Shown here piece after piece: positions 46,218 to 57,900 of a DNA stretch of 64,000 nucleotides. How positions within the stretch are numbered: position 1 is the first letter of the stretch; every line of letters starts with the position of its first letter. A model generated the notes under the pieces. It saw nothing but the letters and a program-made list of their open reading frames with translations, was not told the origin of the DNA and did not search any database. Position numbers and translations under genes: made by a program. Location: NCBI RefSeq assembly GCF_058153355.1, contig NZ_CM177019.1; one strand, 5' to 3'.

Positions 46218-46226
46218 TAACTTAAA

Positions 46227-47102
46227 TTAACCGTTATTATTACGTCCACCAGAACGACGACCGCCGCTGACCTGGCTGTGACGTTTCACCGCACGACGAA
46301 TTTGATTCGCCTTCATACGACGACGGTCTTTTTCTACAGCAACTTTAGAGCTGGTTTCTGGCGGTAGTTCCACCAGCTCACGCAGATAGTTAGTCTGGGC
46401 AAGATCCAACTCAGTCCAGCCACCGCGTGGCAGACCTTTCGGCAGTGGGATATCACCGTAACGAACGCGGATCAGACGGCTCACCTGCACACCAACCGCT
46501 TCCCAAAGACGACGTACTTCACGGTTACGGCCTTCGGTCAAAGTAACGTTGTACCACTGGTTGATCCCTTCGCCGCCGCTGAACTTAATGGTTTTAAAGG
46601 CTGCCGGACCATCTTCCAGCTGCACGCCACGACTCAAATCACGCAGTTTCGCGTCGTCAACCTGACCAAATACACGCACCGCATATTCACGTTCAACTTC
46701 ACGGCTTGGATGCATTAAACGGTTTGCCAGTTCACCGTCGGTGGTGAACAGCAGCAGACCACAGGTGTTAACGTCCAGACGACCTACGGCAATCCAGCGT
46801 GCGCCACGCAGCTTTGGCAGACGGTCAAATACCGTTGGACGCCCTTCCGGATCGTTACGGGTACACAACTCACCTTCCGGTTTGTAATAGGCCAGAACGC
46901 GACAAATTTGTTCAGCGGACTCACGTACCGAAATCAGGTGACCATCGATACGGATTTTCAATCCAGGGGTAATTTCAACACGATCGCCGAGTTTAGCAAT
47001 TTTGCCATCAACACTCACACGTCCGGCTTCAATAATAGATTCGATTTCACGGCGAGAACCGTGGCCGGCACGCGCCAGCACTTTCTGTAGCTTTTCGCTC
47101 AT
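46227..47102 (-). CDS. rluB: 23S rRNA pseudouridine synthase B
   Basis: 291 aa; N-terminal S4 domain ([21 protein letters not shown]), RsuA-type catalytic core, basic C-tail. Confidence 0.93.
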   Translation of the reverse strand: MSEKLQKVLARAGHGSRREIESIIEAGRVSVDGKIAKLGDRVEITPGLKIRIDGHLISVRESAEQICRVLAYYKPEGELCTRNDPEGRPTVFDRLPKLRGARWIAVGRLDVNTCGLLLFTTDGELANRLMHPSREVEREYAVRVFGQVDDAKLRDLSRGVQLEDGPAAFKTIKFSGGEGINQWYNVTLTEGRNREVRRLWEAVGVQVSRLIRVRYGDIPLPKGLPRGGWTELDLAQTNYLRELVELPPETSSKVAVEKDRRRMKANQIRRAVKRHSQVSGGRRSGGRNNNG

Positions 47103-47202
47103 AGAGCTTCCTTTTGGTGTCGCCTTCCCAGGCGTCGAACAGGAGAATCAATGGCGCAGTAGAGCGCCATTTTAAGGCCGCGTAGTATACAGAGTTAAGC
47201 AC

Positions 47203-47823
47203 TTATAAAAAAGGCTTCACATCACCTACGCCTTCACGCAATACGACTGGCGTATCATCGGTGAGATCAATAACCGTTGTCGGTTTCTGCCCGAGATAGC
47301 CGCCGTGAATAATCAAATCCACCTGTTTTTCCAGACGGTCTTTAATTTCTTCCGGATCAGACTCGGTAAATTCGCTGCCTGGTAGCATCAGTGATGTGGA
47401 AAGCATCGGTTCGCCCAATGCTTCAAGCAACGCCTGCGCAATCGGGTTAGAAGGCACACGCATACCGATGGTTTTGCGTTTTTCCTGCAACAGACGGCGT
47501 GGCACTTCCTTCGTCCCCTTCAGGATGAAAGTGTAGTTACCCGGCGTATTGTTTTTCATCAAACGAAACGCAACGTTATCGACAAATGAATAGGTCGAGA
47601 GTTCAGAAAGATCGCGACACATCAGGGTAAAGTTGTGACCGTCCGGCAGCTGGCGAATACGACAAATACGCTCCATGGCGTTTTTATCTTCAATTTTACA
47701 GCCGAGCGCATAGCCGGAATCAGTTGGATAAACAATCACCCCGCCTTTACGCACGATCTCCACCGCCTGGTTGATCAGACGTTGCTGCGGGTTATCAGGA
47801 TGAATATAAAAAAACTGGCTCAT
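47203..47823 (-). CDS. yciO: Sua5/YciO/YrdC-family protein
   Basis: ORF 47203..47859; start at MSQFFYIHPDNPQ gives 206 aa. Confidence 0.88.
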   Translation of the reverse strand: MSQFFYIHPDNPQQRLINQAVEIVRKGGVIVYPTDSGYALGCKIEDKNAMERICRIRQLPDGHNFTLMCRDLSELSTYSFVDNVAFRLMKNNTPGNYTFILKGTKEVPRRLLQEKRKTIGMRVPSNPIAQALLEALGEPMLSTSLMLPGSEFTESDPEEIKDRLEKQVDLIIHGGYLGQKPTTVIDLTDDTPVVLREGVGDVKPFL

Positions 47824-48701
47824 AATTCCCTCTCTGTGGTGTTCTGCGGCTGTTCCCATAGCTGCCAGACGCCTTCAACGCCTGCGGGCAGCCAGAGTTT
47901 ACGACCCAGTTCGATCCACGGACATGGCTGATGAAAATCAGATCCTTGTGATGCCCATAAATGATGCTGACGCGCAAGCGTCGCCAGCTGGGTGCGTTCA
48001 TTGGGCGATTGCTGGCATTGCGCGACTTCCATCGCGTCGCCGTGGTGTTCGGCAAAATGCGCAACCAATCTTTTCAGCCATTTAGCACTAAGATTGTACC
48101 GCCCAGGATGAGCAAGCACCGCCTTACCGCCAGAATGATGAATGACATCAATAGCTTGTTCTATTGTACACCACTGTGGCGGAACGTATCCGGTTTTCCC
48201 GCGCGCCAGATATTTTTTAAAGATATCCGCCATTGAACTGGCTTTGCCACATTCAACCAAGAAACGAGCAAAATGACCGCGCGTCACCGCACCGCCCTGC
48301 GCCAGTCGTTGCGCGCCTTCCAGCGCCCCAAGTATTTGTGCTTTTTCAAGTCTTTCGGCAATTAACTTCGCCCGCTGATTGCGCCGTTCTGTCTGCTGCG
48401 CGAGGAACTCACACATTAGCGGATGAGTAATATCAATATTCAGCCCGACAATATGAATTTCATGATTTTCCCAGACGGTGGATATTTCCACGCCAGGAAT
48501 AAGATTCAGTGCCAGTCCTGAACGTGAAATTTCTTCTCTTGCTGGCGCGATTGCCGCTGTGGTGTCATGGTCGGTGATCGCCAGGGTGCCGACGCGCATC
48601 TCGACTGCACGGTGCACCAATGCTTCTGGCGTCAGGCAGCCATCGGAAGCTGTGGTATGGCTGTGCAGGTCATAAATCACTGCGTAATTCGTGTCGCTCA
48701 A
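47820..48701 (-). CDS. trpH: PHP-domain phosphoesterase (RNase AM)
   Basis: ORF 47820..48782; likely TTG start at 48701 giving 293 aa (MSDTNYAVIYDLHSHTTASDG); start codon uncertain. Confidence 0.8.
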   Translation of the reverse strand: MSDTNYAVIYDLHSHTTASDGCLTPEALVHRAVEMRVGTLAITDHDTTAAIAPAREEISRSGLALNLIPGVEISTVWENHEIHIVGLNIDITHPLMCEFLAQQTERRNQRAKLIAERLEKAQILGALEGAQRLAQGGAVTRGHFARFLVECGKASSMADIFKKYLARGKTGYVPPQWCTIEQAIDVIHHSGGKAVLAHPGRYNLSAKWLKRLVAHFAEHHGDAMEVAQCQQSPNERTQLATLARQHHLWASQGSDFHQPCPWIELGRKLWLPAGVEGVWQLWEQPQNTTEREL

Positions 48702-48775
48702 GGCGCACTCCCGTTTTGGATAATGTTTTTGCGCCGACATCATAACGGTTCTGGCAAATATTCTGAAATGAGCTG

Positions 48776-48810
48776 TTGACAATTAATCATCGAACTAGTT
48801 AACTAGTACG
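48776..48810 (+). promoter_or_regulatory. trp promoter (-35 TTGACA at 48776..48781) with the TrpR operator palindrome cgaactagttaactagtacg (48791..48810)
   Basis: Sequence matches the textbook trp promoter/operator. Confidence 0.9.
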
Positions 48811-48837
48811 CAAGTTCACGTAAAAAGGGTATCGACA

Positions 48838-48882
48838 ATGAAAGCGATTTTCGTACTGAAAGGTTGGTGGCGCACTTCCTGA
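48838..48882 (+). CDS. trpL: trp operon leader peptide with tandem Trp codons
   Basis: Encodes [14 protein letters not shown] then stop. Confidence 0.95.
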
Positions 48883-48924
48883 AACGGGCAGTGTATTCAC
48901 CATGCGTAAAGCAACCAGATACCC

Positions 48925-48952
48925 AGCCCGCCTAATGAGCGGGCTTTTTTTT
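48925..48952 (+). terminator. trp attenuator (3:4 terminator hairpin plus U-tract)
   Basis: agcccgc-ctaatga-gcgggct followed by tttttttt. Confidence 0.92.
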
Positions 48953-48973
48953 GAACAAAATTAGAGAATAACA

Positions 48974-50536
48974 ATGCAAACACAAAAACCGACTCTCGAA
49001 CTGTTAACCTGCGAAGGTGCTTATCGCGATAATCCGACCGCGCTTTTTCATCAGTTGTGTGGGGATCGTCCGGCGACGCTGCTGCTGGAATCCGCAGATA
49101 TCGACAGCAAGGATGATTTAAAAAGCCTGCTGCTGGTGGACAGTGCGCTGCGCATTACAGCATTAGGTGACACTGTCACAATTAAGGCGCTCTCCGGCAA
49201 TGGCGAAGCCCTGCTGACACTACTGGATAACGCCCTGCCCGCTGGGGTCGATAATGAGCAATCGCCACAATGCCGCGTACTGCGCTTCCCCCCGGTCAGT
49301 CCACTGTTGGATGAAGACGCCCGTTTATGCTCCCTTTCGGTTTTTGACGCTTTCCGCATATTGCAGAATCTGTTGAATGTACCGAAGGAAGAACGAGAAG
49401 CAATGTTCTTCGGCGGCCTGTTCTCTTATGACCTTGTGGCGGGGTTTGAAGATTTACCGCAATTGTCAGCGGAAAATAACTGCCCTGATTTCTGTTTTTA
49501 TCTCGCTGAAACGCTGATGGTTATCGATCATCAGAAAAAAAGTACCCGTATTCAGGCCAGCCTGTTTGGTCAAAATGAAGAAGAAAAACAACGTCTCACT
49601 GCTCGCCTGAACGAACTTCGCCAGCAACTGACCGAAACCGCGCCACCGCTGCCGGTAGTTTCCGTGCCGCATATGCATTGTGAATGTAATCAGAGCGATG
49701 AAGAGTTCGGTGGCGTAGTGCGTTCGTTGCAAAAAGCGATTCGCGCCGGAGAAATTTTCCAGGTCGTGCCATCTCGCCGTTTCTCACTGCCCTGCCCGTC
49801 ATCGCTGGCGGCCTATTACGTGCTGAAAAAGAGTAATCCCAGCCCGTACATGTTTTTTATGCAGGATAATGATTTCACCCTGTTCGGCGCGTCGCCGGAA
49901 AGTTCGCTCAAGTATGACGCCTCCAGCCGCCAGATTGAGATCTACCCGATTGCCGGAACACGCCCACGAGGACGTCGCGCCGATGGTTCACTGGACAGAG
50001 ACCTGGACAGCCGCATTGAACTGGAGATGCGTACCGACCATAAAGAGCTTTCTGAACATCTGATGCTGGTGGATCTCGCCCGTAATGATCTGGCACGCAT
50101 TTGCACTCCTGGCAGCCGCTACGTAGCCGATCTCACCAAAGTTGACCGTTACTCTTACGTGATGCATCTCGTCTCCCGCGTGGTCGGTGAGCTGCGCCAC
50201 GATCTTGACGCCCTGCACGCTTACCGCGCCTGTATGAATATGGGCACGTTAAGCGGTGCCCCGAAAGTGCGCGCCATGCAGTTAATTGCCGAAGCGGAAG
50301 GTCGTCGACGCGGCAGCTACGGCGGCGCGGTAGGTTATTTCACCGCACATGGCGATCTCGACACCTGCATTGTCATCCGTTCGGCGCTGGTGGAAAACGG
50401 TATCGCCACCGTGCAAGCCGGTGCTGGCGTAGTCCTTGATTCTGTTCCGCAGTCGGAAGCCGACGAAACCCGTAATAAAGCCCGCGCTGTACTGCGCGCT
50501 ATCGCCACCGCGCATCATGCACAGGAGACTTTCTGA
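48974..50536 (+). CDS. trpE: anthranilate synthase component I
   Basis: 520 aa; stop overlaps the trpD start (tgATGg). Confidence 0.95.
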   Translation: MQTQKPTLELLTCEGAYRDNPTALFHQLCGDRPATLLLESADIDSKDDLKSLLLVDSALRITALGDTVTIKALSGNGEALLTLLDNALPAGVDNEQSPQCRVLRFPPVSPLLDEDARLCSLSVFDAFRILQNLLNVPKEEREAMFFGGLFSYDLVAGFEDLPQLSAENNCPDFCFYLAETLMVIDHQKKSTRIQASLFGQNEEEKQRLTARLNELRQQLTETAPPLPVVSVPHMHCECNQSDEEFGGVVRSLQKAIRAGEIFQVVPSRRFSLPCPSSLAAYYVLKKSNPSPYMFFMQDNDFTLFGASPESSLKYDASSRQIEIYPIAGTRPRGRRADGSLDRDLDSRIELEMRTDHKELSEHLMLVDLARNDLARICTPGSRYVADLTKVDRYSYVMHLVSRVVGELRHDLDALHAYRACMNMGTLSGAPKVRAMQLIAEAEGRRRGSYGGAVGYFTAHGDLDTCIVIRSALVENGIATVQAGAGVVLDSVPQSEADETRNKARAVLRAIATAHHAQETF

Positions 50537-52131
50537 TGGCTGACATTCTGCTGCTCGATAATATCGACTCTTTTACTTATAACCTGGCAGATCAGTTGCG
50601 CAGCAATGGGCATAACGTGGTGATTTACCGCAACCATATTCCGGCGCAAACCTTAATTGAACGTCTTGCGACCATGAGGAATCCGGTGCTGATGCTTTCT
50701 CCTGGCCCCGGAGTGCCGAGTGAAGCAGGTTGTATGCCGGAACTCCTCACCCGTTTGCGTGGCAAGCTGCCAATTATTGGCATTTGCCTCGGACATCAGG
50801 CGATTGTCGAAGCTTACGGGGGCTATGTCGGTCAGGCGGGCGAAATTCTTCACGGTAAAGCGTCGAGCATTGAACATGACGGTCAGGCGATGTTTGCCGG
50901 ATTAACAAACCCATTGCCGGTGGCGCGTTATCACTCGCTGGTTGGCAGTAATATTCCGGCAGGTTTAACCATCAACGCCCATTTTAATGGCATGGTGATG
51001 GCGGTGCGTCATGATGCGGATCGCGTTTGTGGATTCCAGTTCCATCCGGAATCCATTCTCACCACCCAGGGCGCTCGCCTGCTGGAACAAACGCTGGCCT
51101 GGGCGCAACAGAAGCTGGAGCCGACCAACACACTGCAACCAATTCTGGAAAAACTGTATCAGGCGCAGACGCTTAGCCAGCAGGAAAGCCACCAGCTTTT
51201 TTCTGCGGTGGTGCGTGGTGAACTGAAGCCGGAACAACTGGCGGCAGCACTGGTCAGCATGAAAATTCGCGGCGAGCACCCGAACGAAATCGCCGGAGCA
51301 GCAACGGCGCTACTGGAAAACGCCGCGCCGTTCCCGCGCCCGGATTATCTGTTTGCTGATATCGTCGGCACAGGTGGTGACGGCAGCAACAGCATCAACA
51401 TTTCTACTGCCAGTGCTTTTGTCGCTGCGGCCTGTGGACTGAAAGTGGCGAAACACGGTAACCGCAGCGTCTCCAGTAAATCTGGCTCGTCAGATCTGCT
51501 GGCTGCGTTCGGTATCAACCTGGATATGAATGCCGATAAATCGCGCCAGGCGCTCGACGAGTTAGGCGTCTGCTTTCTCTTTGCACCGAAATACCACACC
51601 GGATTTCGCCACGCGATGCCCGTTCGCCAGCAACTGAAAACCCGCACCCTGTTCAACGTGCTGGGGCCACTGATTAACCCGGCGCATCCGCCGCTGGCGC
51701 TAATTGGTGTCTACAGCCCGGAACTGGTGCTGCCAATTGCCGAAACCTTGCGTGTGCTGGGGTATCAACGCGCAGCGGTGGTGCACAGCGGGGGGATGGA
51801 TGAAGTTTCATTACACGCGCCGACAATCGTTGCCGAACTGCATGACGGCGAAATTAAGAGCTATCAGTTGACCGCTGAAGATTTTGGCCTGACACCCTAC
51901 CATCAGGAGCAACTGGCAGGCGGAACACCGGAAGAAAACCGTGACATTTTAACACGCTTGTTACAAGGTAAAGGCGACGCCGCCCATGAAGCAGCTGTCG
52001 CGGCGAATGTCGCCATGTTAATGCGCCTGCATGGCCATGAAGATCTGCAAGCCAATGCGCAAACCGTTCTTGAGGTACTGCGCAGTGGTTCCGCTTACGA
52101 CAGAGTCACCGCACTGGCGGCACGAGGGTAA
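50536..52131 (+). CDS. trpD: bifunctional anthranilate synthase glutamine amidotransferase / anthranilate phosphoribosyltransferase
   Basis: 531 aa fused TrpG-TrpD. Confidence 0.95.
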   Translation: MADILLLDNIDSFTYNLADQLRSNGHNVVIYRNHIPAQTLIERLATMRNPVLMLSPGPGVPSEAGCMPELLTRLRGKLPIIGICLGHQAIVEAYGGYVGQAGEILHGKASSIEHDGQAMFAGLTNPLPVARYHSLVGSNIPAGLTINAHFNGMVMAVRHDADRVCGFQFHPESILTTQGARLLEQTLAWAQQKLEPTNTLQPILEKLYQAQTLSQQESHQLFSAVVRGELKPEQLAAALVSMKIRGEHPNEIAGAATALLENAAPFPRPDYLFADIVGTGGDGSNSINISTASAFVAAACGLKVAKHGNRSVSSKSGSSDLLAAFGINLDMNADKSRQALDELGVCFLFAPKYHTGFRHAMPVRQQLKTRTLFNVLGPLINPAHPPLALIGVYSPELVLPIAETLRVLGYQRAAVVHSGGMDEVSLHAPTIVAELHDGEIKSYQLTAEDFGLTPYHQEQLAGGTPEENRDILTRLLQGKGDAAHEAAVAANVAMLMRLHGHEDLQANAQTVLEVLRSGSAYDRVTALAARG

Positions 52132-53493
52132 ATGATGCAAACCGTTTTAGCGAAAATCGTCGCAGACAAGGCGATTTGGGTAGAAGCCCGCAAACAGCAG
52201 CAACCGCTGGCCAGTTTTCAGAATAAGGTTCAGCCGAGCACGCGACATTTTTATGATGCGCTACAGGGTGCACGCACGGCGTTTATTCTGGAGTGCAAGA
52301 AAGCGTCGCCGTCAAAAGGCGTGATACGTGATGATTTCGATCCGGCACGCATTGCCGCCATTTATAAGCATTACGCTTCGGCAATTTCTGTACTGACTGA
52401 TGAGAAATATTTCCAGGGGAGCTTTGATTTCCTCCCCATCGTCAGCCAAATCGCCCCGCAACCGATTTTATGTAAAGACTTTATTATCGACCCTTACCAG
52501 ATCTATCTGGCGCGCTATTACCAGGCCGATGCCTGTTTATTAATGCTGTCGGTGCTGGACGACGATCAGTATCGCCAGCTCGCTGCTGTAGCCCACAGTC
52601 TGGAGATGGGCGTGCTGACCGAAGTCAGTAATGAAGAGGAGCTGGAGCGCGCCATTGCATTGGGAGCAAAAGTCGTTGGCATCAACAACCGCGATCTGCG
52701 TGATTTGTCGATTGATCTTAACCGTACCCGCGAGCTTACGCCGAAACTGGGGCACAACGTGACGGTAATCAGCGAATCCGGCATCAATACTTACGCCCAG
52801 GTGCGTGAGTTAAGCCACTTCGCTAACGGCTTTCTGATTGGTTCGGCGCTAATGGCCCATGATGATTTGAACGCCGCCGTGCGCCGGGTGTTGCTGGGTG
52901 AGAATAAAGTGTGTGGTCTGACGCGTGGGCAAGATGCTAAAGCAGCTCATGACGCGGGCGCGATTTACGGTGGATTGATATTTGTTACAACGTCACCCCG
53001 TTGCGTCAGCGTTGAACAGGCGCAGGAAGTGATGGCTGCGGCACCGTTGCAATACGTTGGCGTGTTCCGCAATCACGATATTGCCGATGTGGTGGACAAA
53101 GCTAAGGTGTTATCGCTGGCGGCAGTGCAACTGCATGGTAATGAAGATCAGCTGTATATCGACACTCTGCGTGAGGCTCTGCCAGCAAACGTCGCCATCT
53201 GGAAGGCTTTAAGTGTCGGTGAAACTCTTCCCGCGCGCGATTTTCAGCACATCGATAAATATGTATTCGACAACGGTCAGGGCGGGAGCGGACAACGTTT
53301 CGACTGGTCACTGTTAAACGGTCAATCGCTTGGCAACGTTCTGCTGGCGGGTGGCTTAGGCGCAGATAACTGCGTGGAAGCGGCACAAACCGGCTGCGCC
53401 GGGCTTGATTTTAATTCTGCTGTAGAGTCGCAACCGGGCATCAAAGACGCACGTCTTTTGGCCTCGGTTTTCCAGACGCTGCGCGCATATTAA
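52132..53493 (+). CDS. trpC: bifunctional indole-3-glycerol-phosphate synthase / phosphoribosylanthranilate isomerase
   Basis: 453 aa. Confidence 0.95.
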   Translation: MMQTVLAKIVADKAIWVEARKQQQPLASFQNKVQPSTRHFYDALQGARTAFILECKKASPSKGVIRDDFDPARIAAIYKHYASAISVLTDEKYFQGSFDFLPIVSQIAPQPILCKDFIIDPYQIYLARYYQADACLLMLSVLDDDQYRQLAAVAHSLEMGVLTEVSNEEELERAIALGAKVVGINNRDLRDLSIDLNRTRELTPKLGHNVTVISESGINTYAQVRELSHFANGFLIGSALMAHDDLNAAVRRVLLGENKVCGLTRGQDAKAAHDAGAIYGGLIFVTTSPRCVSVEQAQEVMAAAPLQYVGVFRNHDIADVVDKAKVLSLAAVQLHGNEDQLYIDTLREALPANVAIWKALSVGETLPARDFQHIDKYVFDNGQGGSGQRFDWSLLNGQSLGNVLLAGGLGADNCVEAAQTGCAGLDFNSAVESQPGIKDARLLASVFQTLRAY

Positions 53494-53504
53494 GGAAAGG
53501 AACA

Positions 53505-54698
53505 ATGACAACATTACTTAACCCGTATTTTGGTGAGTTTGGCGGCATGTACGTGCCACAAATCCTGATGCCTGCTCTGCGCCAGCTGGAAGAAGCTTTT
53601 GTCAGCGCGCAAAAAGATCCTGAATTTCAGGCCCAGTTCAACGACCTGCTGAAAAACTATGCCGGGCGCCCAACCGCGCTGACCAAATGTCAGAACATTA
53701 CAGCCGGGACGAACACCACGCTGTATCTGAAGCGTGAAGATTTGCTGCACGGCGGCGCGCATAAAACTAACCAGGTTCTGGGCCAGGCTTTGCTGGCGAA
53801 GCGGATGGGTAAAACCGAAATCATCGCCGAAACCGGTGCAGGTCAGCATGGCGTGGCTTCTGCGCTTGCCAGCGCCCTGCTCGGCCTGAAATGCCGTATT
53901 TATATGGGTGCCAAAGACGTTGAACGCCAGTCGCCTAACGTTTTTCGTATGCGCTTAATGGGTGCGGAAGTGATCCCGGTGCATAGCGGTTCCGCGACGC
54001 TGAAAGATGCCTGTAATGAGGCGCTACGCGACTGGTCCGGCAGTTATGAAACCGCGCACTATATGCTGGGCACTGCAGCTGGCCCGCATCCTTACCCGAC
54101 CATTGTGCGTGAGTTTCAGCGGATGATTGGCGAAGAAACGAAAGCGCAAATTCTGGAAAGAGAAGGTCGTCTGCCGGATGCCGTCATCGCTTGTGTTGGC
54201 GGCGGTTCGAATGCCATCGGCATGTTTGCAGATTTCATCAACGAAACCGACGTCGGCCTGATTGGTGTAGAGCCAGGCGGTCATGGTATCGAAACTGGCG
54301 AGCACGGCGCACCGTTAAAACATGGTCGCGTGGGCATCTATTTCGGTATGAAAGCGCCAATGATGCAAACCGAAGACGGGCAGATTGAAGAGTCTTACTC
54401 GATTTCTGCCGGACTGGATTTCCCGTCAGTCGGCCCGCAACACGCTTATCTCAACAGCATTGGACGCGCTGATTATGTGTCAATCACCGATGATGAAGCT
54501 CTGGAAGCCTTCAAAACGCTGTGCCTGCACGAAGGGATTATCCCGGCGCTGGAATCCTCCCACGCGCTGGCCCACGCACTGAAAATGATGCGCGAAAACC
54601 CGGAAAAAGAGCAGCTACTGGTGGTTAACCTTTCCGGTCGCGGCGATAAAGACATCTTCACCGTTCACGATATTTTGAAAGCACGAGGGGAAATCTGA
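53505..54698 (+). CDS. trpB: tryptophan synthase beta subunit
   Basis: 397 aa; PLP-dependent fold; stop overlaps the trpA start. Confidence 0.95.
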   Translation: MTTLLNPYFGEFGGMYVPQILMPALRQLEEAFVSAQKDPEFQAQFNDLLKNYAGRPTALTKCQNITAGTNTTLYLKREDLLHGGAHKTNQVLGQALLAKRMGKTEIIAETGAGQHGVASALASALLGLKCRIYMGAKDVERQSPNVFRMRLMGAEVIPVHSGSATLKDACNEALRDWSGSYETAHYMLGTAAGPHPYPTIVREFQRMIGEETKAQILEREGRLPDAVIACVGGGSNAIGMFADFINETDVGLIGVEPGGHGIETGEHGAPLKHGRVGIYFGMKAPMMQTEDGQIEESYSISAGLDFPSVGPQHAYLNSIGRADYVSITDDEALEAFKTLCLHEGIIPALESSHALAHALKMMRENPEKEQLLVVNLSGRGDKDIFTVHDILKARGEI

Positions 54699-55504
54699 TG
54701 GAACGCTATGAATCTCTGTTTGCCCAACTGAAGGAGCGCAAAGAAGGCGCATTCGTTCCTTTCGTCACCCTCGGTGATCCGGGCATTGAGCAGTCGCTGA
54801 AAATTATCGATACGCTAATTGAAGCCGGTGCTGACGCGCTGGAGTTAGGTATCCCCTTCTCCGACCCACTGGCAGATGGCCCGACGATTCAAAACGCCAC
54901 ACTGCGTGCCTTTGCGGCAGGTGTGACCCCGGCGCAGTGCTTTGAGATGCTGGCACTCATTCGCCAGAAGTACCCGACCATTCCGATCGGCCTTTTGATG
55001 TATGCCAACCAGGTGTTTAACAAAGGCATTGATGAGTTTTATGCCCAGTGCGAAAAAGTCGGCGTCGATTCGGTGCTGGTTGCCGATGTGCCCGTGGAAG
55101 AGTCTGCGCCCTTCCGCCAGGCCGCGTTGCGCCATAATGTCGCACCTATCTTTATTTGCCCGCCGAATGCCGACGAGGATTTGCTGCGCCAGATTGCCTC
55201 TTATGGCCGTGGTTACACCTATTTATTGTCGCGTGCGGGCGTGACCGGAGCTGAAAACCGCGCCGCGTTACCTCTCAATCATCTGGTTGCGAAGCTGAAA
55301 GAGTACAACGCTGCGCCTCCATTGCAAGGATTTGGTATTTCCGCCCCGGATCAGGTAAAAGCAGCGATTGATGCAGGAGCTGCGGGCGCGATTTCTGGTT
55401 CGGCAATTGTTAAAATCATCGAGCAACATATTAATGAGCCAGAGAAAATGCTGGCGGTACTGAAAGCTTTTGTACAACCGATGAAAGCAGCGACGCGCAG
55501 TTAA
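54698..55504 (+). CDS. trpA: tryptophan synthase alpha subunit
   Basis: 268 aa; [28 protein letters not shown]. Confidence 0.95.
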   Translation: MERYESLFAQLKERKEGAFVPFVTLGDPGIEQSLKIIDTLIEAGADALELGIPFSDPLADGPTIQNATLRAFAAGVTPAQCFEMLALIRQKYPTIPIGLLMYANQVFNKGIDEFYAQCEKVGVDSVLVADVPVEESAPFRQAALRHNVAPIFICPPNADEDLLRQIASYGRGYTYLLSRAGVTGAENRAALPLNHLVAKLKEYNAAPPLQGFGISAPDQVKAAIDAGAAGAISGSAIVKIIEQHINEPEKMLAVLKAFVQPMKAATRS

Positions 55505-55511
55505 TCCCACA

Positions 55512-55537
55512 GCCGCCAGTTCCGCTGGCGGCATTTT
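55512..55537 (+). terminator. trp operon terminator (trp t)
   Basis: gccgccag-ttccg-ctggcggc followed by attttaa. Confidence 0.85.
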
Positions 55538-55885
55538 AACTATCTTTAATGAAGCAGGAAAAATCCTAAATTCATTTATTATTTATCTTTTTACCGTTTC
55601 GCTTACCCCTGACGTACGTCAACTTACGTCATTTTTCCGCCCAACTGTAATATAATCGAACAAATTAATTCCGCAACATGACACCAGTAAAATCAATAAT
55701 TTTCCCTAATTCACTTATTCCTCAGGCAATTGTTAATATATCCAGAACGCTCATCAAAATATATTTCCCCTCTTCGCCTCTCGTTACGCTTAATTTGACT
55801 AATTCTCATTAGCGACTAATTTTAATGAGTGTCGACACACAACACTCACATTAATGAAACAATGCAACGCAACGGGAGAAATAAC

Positions 55886-56065
55886 ATGACCGAACATCGT
55901 GGTGGTTCAGGAAATTTCGCCGAAGACCGTGAGAAGGCATCCGACGCTGGCCGTAAAGGCGGTCAGCATAGCGGCGGTAATTTTAAAAATGATCCGCAAC
56001 GCGCATCCGAAGCGGGTAAAAAAGGCGGTCAACAAAGCGGTGGTAATAAATCAGGAAAATCCTGA
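55886..56065 (+). CDS. yciG: small stress protein with KGG repeats
   Basis: ORF 55829..56065; start at ATG 55886 (MTEHRGGSGNFAED), 59 aa. Confidence 0.8.
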   Translation: MTEHRGGSGNFAEDREKASDAGRKGGQHSGGNFKNDPQRASEAGKKGGQQSGGNKSGKS

Positions 56066-56150
56066 TTCACCGTTAATTATTAATATCAGCTGAGAAAGAT
56101 AATTGCATCTGCGGGCCGTATGGCTCGCAGTGATTTCACTGGAGAAAAAT

Positions 56151-56651
56151 ATGAATACGAAGTCCATTGAAGATGTATTTATTCACCTGCTTTCAGACAC
56201 CTACAGTGCAGAAAAACAATTAACACGGGCACTAGCAAAACTCGCAAGAGCAACATCAAACGAAAAATTAAGTCAGGCTTTTCATGCACACCTCGAGGAA
56301 ACTCATGGACAGATTGAACGTATTGATCAAGTTGTGGAATCTGAACCGAACCTGAAAATTAAGCGCATGAAATGTGTGGCAATGGAAGGTCTCATTGAAG
56401 AAGCTAATGAGGTCATCGAAAGTACCGAGAAAAACGAAGTACGTGATGCCGCACTAATTGCCGCTGCACAGAAAGTTGAGCACTATGAGATCGCCAGTTA
56501 TGGGACATTAGCGACACTGGCTGAGCAATTAGGTTATCGTAAAGCAGCGAAGCTTCTGAAAGAAACTCTGGAAGAAGAAAAGGCCACCGACATGAAACTA
56601 ACTGATCTGGCCCTTAATAACGTAAATAAGAAAGCAGAAAATAAAGCCTGA
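56151..56651 (+). CDS. yciF: ferritin-like DUF892 stress protein
   Basis: ORF 56103..56651; start at ATG 56151 (MNTKSIEDVF), 166 aa. Confidence 0.85.
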   Translation: MNTKSIEDVFIHLLSDTYSAEKQLTRALAKLARATSNEKLSQAFHAHLEETHGQIERIDQVVESEPNLKIKRMKCVAMEGLIEEANEVIESTEKNEVRDAALIAAAQKVEHYEIASYGTLATLAEQLGYRKAAKLLKETLEEEKATDMKLTDLALNNVNKKAENKA

Positions 56652-56696
56652 AATATGAACTTTAACTTTTAGTCATTTTATAAAGAGGACATTTTC

Positions 56697-57203
56697 ATGA
56701 ATCGTATTGAACATTATCACGACTGGTTACGTGACGCCCACGCAATGGAAAAGCAAGCAGAATCTATGCTTGAATCCATGGCCAGCCGCATAGATAATTA
56801 TCCTGAGCTACGCGCTCGTATTGAACAACATCTTAGTGAAACCAAAAACCAGATTGTACAACTGGAAACTATTCTTGATCGCAATGACATTTCACGTTCA
56901 GTCATTAAAGATTCTATGAGTAAAATGGCTGCACTTGGGCAGTCAATCGGTGGTATATTCCCTTCTGATGAAATAGTCAAAGGCTCTATTAGCGGATATG
57001 TCTTCGAGCAATTTGAAATCGCCTGTTACACCTCACTATTAGCAGCAGCAAAAAATGCCGGTGATACAGCTTCAATTCCAACCATCGAAGCGATTTTAAA
57101 TGAGGAAAAAGAAATGGCCGAGTGGCTGCTTCAGCATATTCCGCAAACAACTGAGAAATTTTTAATACGCTCTGAAACTGATGGCGTAGAAGCGAAGAAA
57201 TAA
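56697..57203 (+). CDS. yciE: ferritin-like DUF892 stress protein
   Basis: 168 aa; paralogous to yciF. Confidence 0.85.
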   Translation: MNRIEHYHDWLRDAHAMEKQAESMLESMASRIDNYPELRARIEQHLSETKNQIVQLETILDRNDISRSVIKDSMSKMAALGQSIGGIFPSDEIVKGSISGYVFEQFEIACYTSLLAAAKNAGDTASIPTIEAILNEEKEMAEWLLQHIPQTTEKFLIRSETDGVEAKK

Positions 57204-57261
57204 TACCCTTTATGCCATGTCCTTATTGACCCCGTAATTACGGGGTCATTTTTGTGCGGAA

Positions 57262-57900
57262 TTAAAAACGATATCCTGCTGAGAACATAAACACCCACGG
57301 ATCGAGGCGTACGCTATCGTGTTGCTGTGCACCGCCCAGTTTATAATTGGCGGTGGTATCGATATCCATGTACCACACTGACATGTTAACCAACCAGTCA
57401 CGGTTAATCAGATAATCAACCCCCACCTGCCCGGCAGCTCCCCAGGAATCTTTCAGACTGAGATCGGAAAGCCCCGCCTCTTTGCCATGATCGTTAAATC
57501 CATTATCAAAGAAGGTGGTGTAGTTAATACCTGCCCCAACGTAAGGACGGAATTTGCTGCTGGCATCACCAAAATACCACTGCGCCATCAGTGTTGGCGG
57601 CAGATGATGAACGGTTGCAATATCGCCGGTCGCCCGGGTGCCGATTTTATGGCGGAACGGCGTCGCTGCCAGCAATTCCACACCAATGTTATCGGTCGCC
57701 ATATAAGTAAACGTCAGGCCCAGTTGCGTGTTATTGGTCACGCTGAATCCACCCAGACTTCCTAACGTACCACCAGCACCTTCTGTTGGACGTACGGTTG
57801 CAGAACCTGCACGCATAAAAAATTCGCCTGCTTCATGCGCAAAGGCACTGCCAGAGAGAAGAGTTGTTACTGCCAAAGCCGCCACTGTTAACTTTTTCAT
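57262..57900 (-). CDS. ompW: outer membrane protein W (8-strand beta-barrel)
   Basis: ORF 57262..57978; start at MKKLTVAALAVTTLLSGSAFA signal peptide; ends in aromatic-X-F (YRF). Confidence 0.92.
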   Translation of the reverse strand: MKKLTVAALAVTTLLSGSAFAHEAGEFFMRAGSATVRPTEGAGGTLGSLGGFSVTNNTQLGLTFTYMATDNIGVELLAATPFRHKIGTRATGDIATVHHLPPTLMAQWYFGDASSKFRPYVGAGINYTTFFDNGFNDHGKEAGLSDLSLKDSWGAAGQVGVDYLINRDWLVNMSVWYMDIDTTANYKLGGAQQHDSVRLDPWVFMFSAGYRF

